This document shows, piece after piece, positions 58,023 to 64,000 of a DNA stretch of 64,000 nucleotides; position 1 is the first letter of the stretch, and every line of letters starts with the position of its first letter. The translations under genes and the position numbers were made by a program. The notes below the pieces were generated by a model. The model had not been told where the DNA came from, made no database searches, and worked only from the letters and a program-made list of their open reading frames with translations. Source of the stretch: Nitrospira sp. (GTDB taxonomy: Bacteria > Nitrospirota > Nitrospiria > Nitrospirales > Nitrospiraceae); contig JADYYH010000093.1 in assembly GCA_020853775.1 (NCBI GenBank), forward strand, positions 211 to 64,210, written 5' to 3'.

Positions 58023-59279
58023 TCAGGAGGCGACCGCTTTTAAAACGACCGCCGCGTTGTTGCTACCAAATCCAAATGCGTTGATCAGCGCCACCTTCGC
58101 CTTGCGCGTTTGCTGCTCCTTGGACAGGCCCGCCAGGGCGCAAGCCGGGTCGGGATCGTCCAGATTGAGCGTGGGATGAACCTGACCGCTCGTGAGCGTG
58201 AGGGCGGAGACCACGCCGGCCAGCGATCCGGCCGCGCCGAGCGTATGGCCCACCAGCGACTTCGTGGCATTCACGGCGAGTTTGTCCGCTCGTGATTTAA
58301 ACACCAGGCGAATGGCTTTGACCTCTACCGCATCGCCGACTGTGGTCGATGTGGCATGGGCGTTGATGTAATCCACCTGCGCTGGCGTCACGCCCGCATC
58401 TTTGAGGGCCAGCCGCATGGTTGTGGCGACTTCCTCGCCGTCTTCACGGGGGATGACCATGTGATGGGCTTCGCTGGTGGCGGCATAGCCGGCTACTTCC
58501 GCATAGATCCGTGCCTTGCGCTTTTTGGCATGGGCCAGCGATTCGAGGATCAGCGCGCCGGCGCCTTCCCCCATGACAAACCCGTCCCGTCCACGGTCAA
58601 AAGGTCGCGAAGCTTTCTCCGGGGCATCGTTATACTTCGTGGAGAGGGCCCGAAGCGAGCAAAATCCCGCGAAGACCAGGGGGGTGATGCTGGCATCGGC
58701 GCCGACCACGATCACGGCGTCGGCCGTGCCGGCGCGAATGGCGTGCATGGCTTGCCCCAACGCATGGGCGCTCGATGAGCACGCAGTGGAAATCGTGAGG
58801 TTCGGGCCCTTGGCTCCATAGGCCATGGCCACGATCCCGGAGGCGGAATTCAGCGTAATCACCGGGATAAAGTTCGGATGCACCCGGTGGGGACGTTTCT
58901 GTTCATAGAGTTGCGTAATCTCGCGTTCGCCCATCACCATCCCGCCCATGCCGGCGCCGACGATCACGCCGACGCGGTGCGGGTCTTCACGGTCCATTTT
59001 GAAGTCGGCATCCGCTAGCGCTTCCTTGGCGGCCACGAGCGCGAATTGAGCATAGCGATCCACACGATCGCCCTGGCCGGCGGGGAGATACTGGTCCGGA
59101 GAGAAGTCGACGATGCGCCCCGCAATGCGTGATCGATAGCCTTCCAAGGGAAAGGGATCGAAGGAGGGAATGGCAGAAATCCCAGACCGGCCTTCCAGCG
59201 CCGCTTTCCAGAATTGCGGTACTCCGATGCCGATGGGGGAGACGACTCCCAAACCTGTGATGACGACCCTCGTCGACAT
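58023..59279 (-). CDS. fabF: Beta-ketoacyl-ACP synthase II-like
   Basis: RVVITGLG, TACSSS (Cys), INAHATST, KSLVGHTLGAAG, NAFGFG. Confidence 0.9.
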   Translation of the reverse strand: MSTRVVITGLGVVSPIGIGVPQFWKAALEGRSGISAIPSFDPFPLEGYRSRIAGRIVDFSPDQYLPAGQGDRVDRYAQFALVAAKEALADADFKMDREDPHRVGVIVGAGMGGMVMGEREITQLYEQKRPHRVHPNFIPVITLNSASGIVAMAYGAKGPNLTISTACSSSAHALGQAMHAIRAGTADAVIVVGADASITPLVFAGFCSLRALSTKYNDAPEKASRPFDRGRDGFVMGEGAGALILESLAHAKKRKARIYAEVAGYAATSEAHHMVIPREDGEEVATTMRLALKDAGVTPAQVDYINAHATSTTVGDAVEVKAIRLVFKSRADKLAVNATKSLVGHTLGAAGSLAGVVSALTLTSGQVHPTLNLDDPDPACALAGLSKEQQTRKAKVALINAFGFGSNNAAVVLKAVAS

Positions 59280-59464
59280 AAACCCCTTTCGCGGCCGCGT
59301 GATGGTGATGTGTGCGGCCTGTCTACTTACCGTACGGTGGCGTCACAGTCAATGCTGAAGGACTACCCACTCGTCGGTCGCGGCCCGCTATGCAACGTCA
59401 GGCATTCAGGAACCTGCGAAAAAATATTGTGATCGCGCAGACGCATAGGGGGAGGTTTTTCCGC

Positions 59465-59585
59465 AGGATGCTCAAAAAGACCGTCCAGCAAGGCCGCAGC
59501 GAGTGCAGGTCCGGAGGCGTACCCTCGGGTACGTTGAGAACCTGGACGATGCGAGAACGCTGCTGGCGGACAATTTCAGCGTCCT
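59465..59585. repeat. 121-bp MITE/REP-like element
   Basis: Imperfect terminal inverted repeats AGGATGCTCAAAAAGACCGTCCAGC / GCTGGCGGACAATTTCAGCGTCCT; central palindrome CGTACCC-TC-GGGTACG. Confidence 0.7.
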
Positions 59586-60677
59586 TTAGTAGCGCACCTT
59601 CATGAGCAGGTATAAGCCGAACGTCAGAAACACCATATTCGCCATCCAGCCGGCCAGCATCGGAGACAGCGCGCCGCCGCGCCCCAGCGCGATGGCGACG
59701 GAGTGCGTGGACCAATAGAAGAACCCTACCGCCATCGCTTGGCCGATGCCCATGGCCATGCCGCTTCCGCGGACACCCGTGCGCCGAAGGCTCAAGGCGA
59801 TACCGACGATCACCATAATGAGCGTGACGCAGGGGAAGGCGATCCGGCCGTAATAATCCGTCAACAATCGGGGGAGCATGGTGCCGCCCAGGTGGAGGCG
59901 ATCAACGTAAGCGCGAATCTCGCGCAGGGTCATGGTTTCCGAGTCCAATTCAGCCCAGGTGGTAAAGTCGTCAGGAATGTGGGGGAGTGCCAGCGGCTGC
60001 GTCTGAAAGCTGGTGACCGACACGGTGCCGTCCTCTCGGAATGCTCTGGTGATGCCCTCCTGCAGGGCCCAGCCCTGTGGTGAATAGACTGCGCGCTTGG
60101 CCTCTGCGATTTCTTCCAATTGAAAGGTCGGGCTCAAGCGATAGAGCCGGATGTTGCGCAACACCGCGCCTCCGGGATCAATGGTGTCGATGTTCAGCAG
60201 GGTCTGGCCGCCCAGGCTCACCCAGGGCTGCGCCGCTTTCAGCGAGACAGGCGCGGTGCGTTTCTCGATCTGTGTCGTCTTGATCTGTTCGGCCTTGGCC
60301 AGGGCCAGTGGAATGACAGTGGAACTGAACAGAAACAGCACCATCGCCAGCACGGTTCCGAGAAAGATAAACGGCGAGGTGATCCAATAGAGGCTGATGC
60401 CGCAGCTGCGCATGGCCGTGATTTCGTGGCTGCGCGAGAGCAGGCCGATGGTCAACAAGGTCGCCATCAGCACCGCGAGCGGGGCAATCTGATAGGAAAT
60501 GGCCGGCATCTTCAACACGAAGTAGGCCAGCACATCGAGCGCATGCGCGTCATAGCGCAGGAAGCGGCGGACCTTCTCAAAGAAGTCGATGACGAGGTAA
60601 ATCGTCATGAGCCCCGAAAAGCACATGCCGAAAATCTTCACGTATTCGCGCAGCATGTATCGAAACAGAATGTTCAT
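59586..60677 (-). CDS. lptG: LPS export permease LptG
   Basis: ILFRYMLRE, LSRSHEITAMRSCGIS, YYGRIAFP, LAGWMANMVF. Confidence 0.92.
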   Translation of the reverse strand: MNILFRYMLREYVKIFGMCFSGLMTIYLVIDFFEKVRRFLRYDAHALDVLAYFVLKMPAISYQIAPLAVLMATLLTIGLLSRSHEITAMRSCGISLYWITSPFIFLGTVLAMVLFLFSSTVIPLALAKAEQIKTTQIEKRTAPVSLKAAQPWVSLGGQTLLNIDTIDPGGAVLRNIRLYRLSPTFQLEEIAEAKRAVYSPQGWALQEGITRAFREDGTVSVTSFQTQPLALPHIPDDFTTWAELDSETMTLREIRAYVDRLHLGGTMLPRLLTDYYGRIAFPCVTLIMVIVGIALSLRRTGVRGSGMAMGIGQAMAVGFFYWSTHSVAIALGRGGALSPMLAGWMANMVFLTFGLYLLMKVRY

Positions 60678-60681
60678 GGGG

Positions 60682-61767
60682 CTACTGCCGGCTCACGCGA
60701 TAAAACCAGAGAATTGTCACGATCGTGAAGATGACATTGGGCAACCAGGCGCCGGCGAACGGAGAAATCCAGAGTGTGGTCACCAGAAACTCGCACGCGA
60801 CGTTGATGACGTAATAGGCGATCACGACGAGCACGCCGACGGCAAACCCGCCGATGCTGCCGGAGCGTTTCGACACAATCCCGACCGGCACGCCCAGGAT
60901 GCAGAACACCAGCGAGGCGGCCGGAAACGCCAGGTCTTTATAATATTCCATGAGCCGCCGCAAGGCGTTGGTGTCTGTCCAGTTGGAACTCTCCAATTTT
61001 GCGCGAATGACCTCCATCGGCGTGCGTTCTTCGGCGCCGTAGAGGCTCGCGTTGATGCTCAATTTAAGGTCATAGGCCGTAAACGAAATCTTCTGGTATT
61101 CCTCGGGGTTTTGAGGACGGCTGTGGATGACGCCGTTCAGGAGCCGCAATGCCACCTGGCTGCTCGCCGAATCGGTCATGACCTGGTACTGCTGCGCCAC
61201 AATAATGCGCGGATCGGCCGGATTGCGTTCGTCCGCCACAAAAATGCCCCGGTTGTCCTGCCCCTCCTGCGCATCGGGTACGTAGATCACCATCTTGGGG
61301 ATGGCTTCATTAAAGACCCCGCGGTCGAGTTCCAGAACCAGTTCGTCGCGCAACAGATTGAGCGCCACTTTCTTGAGATTGACATTGCTCCACGGCTGGC
61401 CGTATTGCGCCATCATGAGCGTGAGGCCGCAGACGAGCGTCGCAAACAAGAACACGGATTGGGACAGCCGCAACAGGCTGAAACCCGCCGCGCGCATGGC
61501 GACCAGTTCTTTATCCAGCGAGAGCCGGCCGAACGCCGTAATAGACGCGATGATGCCGGCGATTGGCAGCGTCAGCACGAGGAAAGAGGGGAGCAAGTGG
61601 GCGAAGACTTTTAACACCGACAGGAAGCCGATGCCCTTCGTGACCAGCAGCTCCACCAGGCGAAGCAGCTCCTTCGTGAGCATCACAAAGCACAGGGCGC
61701 CTAAGCTGATGCAAAAGGGCGAGAGGAGTTCGCGGAAGATATAGCGATCGAGGATGGTGTGCAGCAC
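60682..61767 (-). CDS. lptF: LPS export permease LptF (start uncertain, 61767 or 61809)
   Basis: ILDRYIFRE, RLSLDKELVAMRAAG, LAFPAASL, AWLPNV. Confidence 0.92.
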   Translation of the reverse strand: MLHTILDRYIFRELLSPFCISLGALCFVMLTKELLRLVELLVTKGIGFLSVLKVFAHLLPSFLVLTLPIAGIIASITAFGRLSLDKELVAMRAAGFSLLRLSQSVFLFATLVCGLTLMMAQYGQPWSNVNLKKVALNLLRDELVLELDRGVFNEAIPKMVIYVPDAQEGQDNRGIFVADERNPADPRIIVAQQYQVMTDSASSQVALRLLNGVIHSRPQNPEEYQKISFTAYDLKLSINASLYGAEERTPMEVIRAKLESSNWTDTNALRRLMEYYKDLAFPAASLVFCILGVPVGIVSKRSGSIGGFAVGVLVVIAYYVINVACEFLVTTLWISPFAGAWLPNVIFTIVTILWFYRVSRQ

Positions 61768-61869
61768 GAGAGCGGTCGGGGTCCTACATCGGAGAATTGG
61801 TTGCTGCACTATAGAAGAGTCTGCGTGGGTTGTAAACAGATCAGAACGGCCCAGGGCCAAAAGATCCGC

Positions 61870-61898
61870 TTGACAAGCACTGCACCCCATGGTACATC
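61870..61898 (+). promoter_or_regulatory. Possible sigma70 promoter of the cold-shock gene (long 5' UTR)
   Basis: Perfect TTGACA, 17-nt spacer, weak -10 (TGG-TACATC), about 180 nt upstream of the ATG. Confidence 0.4.
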
Positions 61899-62078
61899 GC
61901 TGCGCACTTTTCAGCAGGTCAAGATGGTTCGGGTTGAATATTGTCTGAACGCCCCCGCAAGAGCTGCCGCGCTCGTCGCTGTTGTTTCTCCTTTTTATCG
62001 TCATCATTTCATGTCATGCGACTCAGCAGACGAGCTGATGCGCTCATTATGTCCGTGCGTTGAGAAAAGGAGGATCGT

Positions 62079-62297
62079 ATGAAAACTAAGGGCACCGTGA
62101 AGTGGTTCAATGATCGTAAGGGATTCGGATTTATCCGGCTCGATGGCGGAGACGATGTCTTCGTGCATTACTCTGCGTTGCAGGGTGACGGATTTAAGAC
62201 CTTGAAAGAGGGCGAGAACGTGGAGTTCGACATCGTTCAGGGCGCCAAGGGACCGCAGGCAGCCAACGTGTTGAAGGATCTCGCACCGGCCAACTAA
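62079..62297 (+). CDS. Cold-shock protein (CspA family)
   Basis: GTVKWFN, RNP1 KGFGFI, RNP2 VFVHYS, GFKTL; AGGAGG SD. Confidence 0.97.
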   Translation: MKTKGTVKWFNDRKGFGFIRLDGGDDVFVHYSALQGDGFKTLKEGENVEFDIVQGAKGPQAANVLKDLAPAN

Positions 62298-62322
62298 CTC
62301 CGGCCGGCGTCATACGTAATCC

Positions 62323-62360
62323 GCGGCCCCTCTGCCTCATCGAGGGGCCGCCGGTTTTTT
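62323..62360 (+). terminator. Intrinsic terminator after the csp gene
   Basis: GCGGCCCCTC/GAGGGGCCGC 10-bp stem followed by a T6 tract. Confidence 0.8.
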
Positions 62361-62416
62361 CAAAGAACACCCGCTCTGGACGCCGCGTTTGCAGTGTCTC
62401 TCTTTTATCCATTTGT

Positions 62417-62445
62417 TTGACAATACATAGGTTGACTGTTAGCGT
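62417..62445 (+). promoter_or_regulatory. sigma70-type promoter for the TPR gene
   Basis: TTGACA-N17-TAGCGT with extended TGn. Confidence 0.65.
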
Positions 62446-62474
62446 GGACTCTCAACGTCGGGTGAGGGGTTTCC

Positions 62475-64000
62475 TTGGCTGTCGACCGTCGAACCGTGCT
62501 TCAGAACGCGCAGCTCTTTGCGTCCAAAGGGCAGTATGATGCCGCCATCGCCGAATGGCGGAAGCTGACCACCGACACGCCTAACGACGGCACCGTCTTT
62601 AATTCCATCGGCGATCTTCAACTCAAACGCAATGCGACCGCAGAGGCCGTCGCGGCTTTCCTGCAAGCCGCGAGCGCCTTCCGCTCCGAAGGCTCCGTCC
62701 TCAAGGCCATCGCCGCGTACAAGAAAATCCTCAAGGTCGATCCGACCAGGATTGAGATCTATCGCCATCTCGGTGATCTGAACGCCGAACGGGGGCTGCT
62801 GAGCAGCGCCGTCCAGGACTATCTCACGCTCGGCAAACATTACTTCAAGGACGGCCGCAATAAAGAAGCGCTCGAGATCTACCGCAAGATCGTCTCCCAG
62901 GATCCGTCGAATCGCGACGCCCAGTTGCGCGTCGCGGAGCTCTGCGTGCAGGAAGGGCTCGTCGACGAAGCGGTGCGGATGTATCTCCAGCTGGGCCGCG
63001 AGCAATCGGCCGCGCAACAGTACGAACAAGCCAAGGCGATGTATACGGCGGTCCTCCGGTTGGATCCGGAGAATGCCGAAGCCAAAGAAATCACCTCCAT
63101 GATCGAGACAGGCGGAGGGGCACCCATCAACACGGCGCGTACCGCCAAACCGCCGACGGCGGCAGCCAAACCCGGCGATGCGAACGACCTCATGGCTGAA
63201 GCCACGCGCCGGATCGAAGAGGGGCAGTACGCCGGAGCCGAGGCCATGTTGACCCAGTTGCTGAGCCGAGAGCCCGGCAATCCGGAGATTTGTCAATTGT
63301 TGGCCCGGATGCATCTCTTGCAGGGGAATCTGGTCGTGGCCTTGGGGGAGTACCGGTTTCTGGCCGGTGCGGCCCTTCGCGCGCAGGACTATGGCATGGC
63401 CGAATCATTGATCGCCGACTATCTCAAAGTCGAACCGGCCTCAGTCCCTATGTTGGAATTGCTGGGCGAGCTCTATCAGGAAAAGGGTGATGCCGCCACC
63501 GCCGCGCAGCATTACGGACGGGCGGTCGAAATCTTGTTGGAACATCCTGAGCCGGGCATGCCGACCTTGCCGGCTGAGCTGTTTGAAAAGGTGCAGGCGT
63601 TGGCGCCGGGCAGTGCCATCGCGCGCAAGCTCGCACCGGCCTTCGATCCCAATGCCGAGTCGATGCCGGAACCGGAACCCATCGCCCCGGTGCTGGAGGT
63701 TGCGCAAGCACCAATGCCTGAACCGGAGCCGGAACCGGCCCCTGTGGTCATGGCTCCCGAGCCGATCGCGGAGGCACCCTTCAGGCTCGTGGATCACTCG
63801 GCGCCGCCAACGGAAGCGGCAGTCGCGCGGCCTCCGGTGGTCGAGCCGGTTGCTGAGCCGATCGTTGCGAAGGTTGCGCCGCCCCCTGTGGCTCCCTCCG
63901 CGCCGGTGGTCGAAACCGCACCGGTTGTCTCGGCCATCCTGCCGTCGCCCCCACCGCCGGTGGCGGAGCCTGTGCTGCCAGTCGTAGAGCCGGTGGATGC
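62475..64000 (+). CDS. Large TPR protein, SgmX-like N-terminus (runs off the window; absent from the ORF track)
   Basis: TTG 62475 after a GAGGGG SD. Reading AVDRRTVLQNAQLFASKGQYDAAIAEW..KAIAAYKKILKVDP.. with many TPRs, then a Pro/Glu-rich linker; no stop seen in the parts I translated. Confidence 0.85.
   Translation, partial: MAVDRRTVLQNAQLFASKGQYDAAIAEWRKLTTDTPNDGTVFNSIGDLQLKRNATAEAVAAFLQAASAFRSEGSVLKAIAAYKKILKVDPTRIEIYRHLGDLNAERGLLSSAVQDYLTLGKHYFKDGRNKEALEIYRKIVSQDPSNRDAQLRVAELCVQEGLVDEAVRMYLQLGREQSAAQQYEQAKAMYTAVLRLDPENAEAKEITSMIETGGGAPINTARTAKPPTAAAKPGDANDLMAEATRRIEEGQYAGAEAMLTQLLSREPGNPEICQLLARMHLLQGNLVVALGEYRFLAGAALRAQDYGMAESLIADYLKVEPASVPMLELLGELYQEKGDAATAAQHYGRAVEILLEHPEPGMPTLPAELFEKVQALAPGSAIARKLAPAFDPNAESMPEPEPIAPVLEVAQAPMPEPEPEPAPVVMAPEPIAEAPFRLVDHSAPPTEAAVARPPVVEPVAEPIVAKVAPPPVAPSAPVVETAPVVSAILPSPPPPVAEPVLPVVEPVD

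Noticed and set aside
59505-59520. GGTCCGGAGG as SRP RNA helix 8
   Set aside because: Lacks the GGAAGGAAGCAGC consensus and lies inside the MITE-like element.
63660-64000. GAACCGGAGCCG-type repeats
   Set aside because: Explained by a Pro/Glu-rich protein linker.

Overview
GC-rich bacterial chromosomal window. A Nitrospira-like origin is inferred from gene content and from a repeat element I recall from that genus; it was not searched. Five blocks: (1) 0.8-24.8 kb, a Wzx/Wzy-type exopolysaccharide cluster. It is preceded by an orphan IS3 OrfA-like HTH gene and starts with a priming phosphoglycosyltransferase fused to a catalytically dead nucleotidyltransferase. It also has a Wzc with degenerate kinase motifs, two methyltransferases, a GT-C, GT2/GT4s, Wza, a beta-barrel, an AKR+GMC redox pair, a GME-like SDR, gmd, fcl and two GH26-like secreted hydrolases. 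(2) 25-26.3 kb, a lipoprotein, rpmB and a SemiSWEET. (3) 26.4-42.3 kb, a cobamide uptake/salvage/remodelling operon (btuFCD, btuB, cbiA, cobO, CWC, bluB, pduO, cobU, cobT, cobS, cbiB, cobD, cbiZ, cbiP) with two cobalamin riboswitches, one carrying a heptamer-repeat insertion. (4) 42.5-55.7 kb, a Chp/Pil-like chemosensory cluster behind a likely sigma54 promoter. It has a c-heme DUF3365 protein, a triple-Hpt CheA, a RomR-like regulator and two paralogous His-less Hpt modules, one fused to an atypical HD-GYP domain. (5) 56-64 kb, lptF-lptG-fabF-acp-lpxD on the minus strand (ACP with a basic Lys/Ala/Pro tail; MITE-like element between lptG and fabF), a cold-shock gene and a partial SgmX-like TPR gene. 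No rRNA, tRNA or CRISPR array found. Best candidates for undescribed biology: the pseudo-Hpt/HD-GYP output module and the pseudo-nucleotidyltransferase-priming transferase fusion. All family assignments come from motif reading by eye, not database searches.
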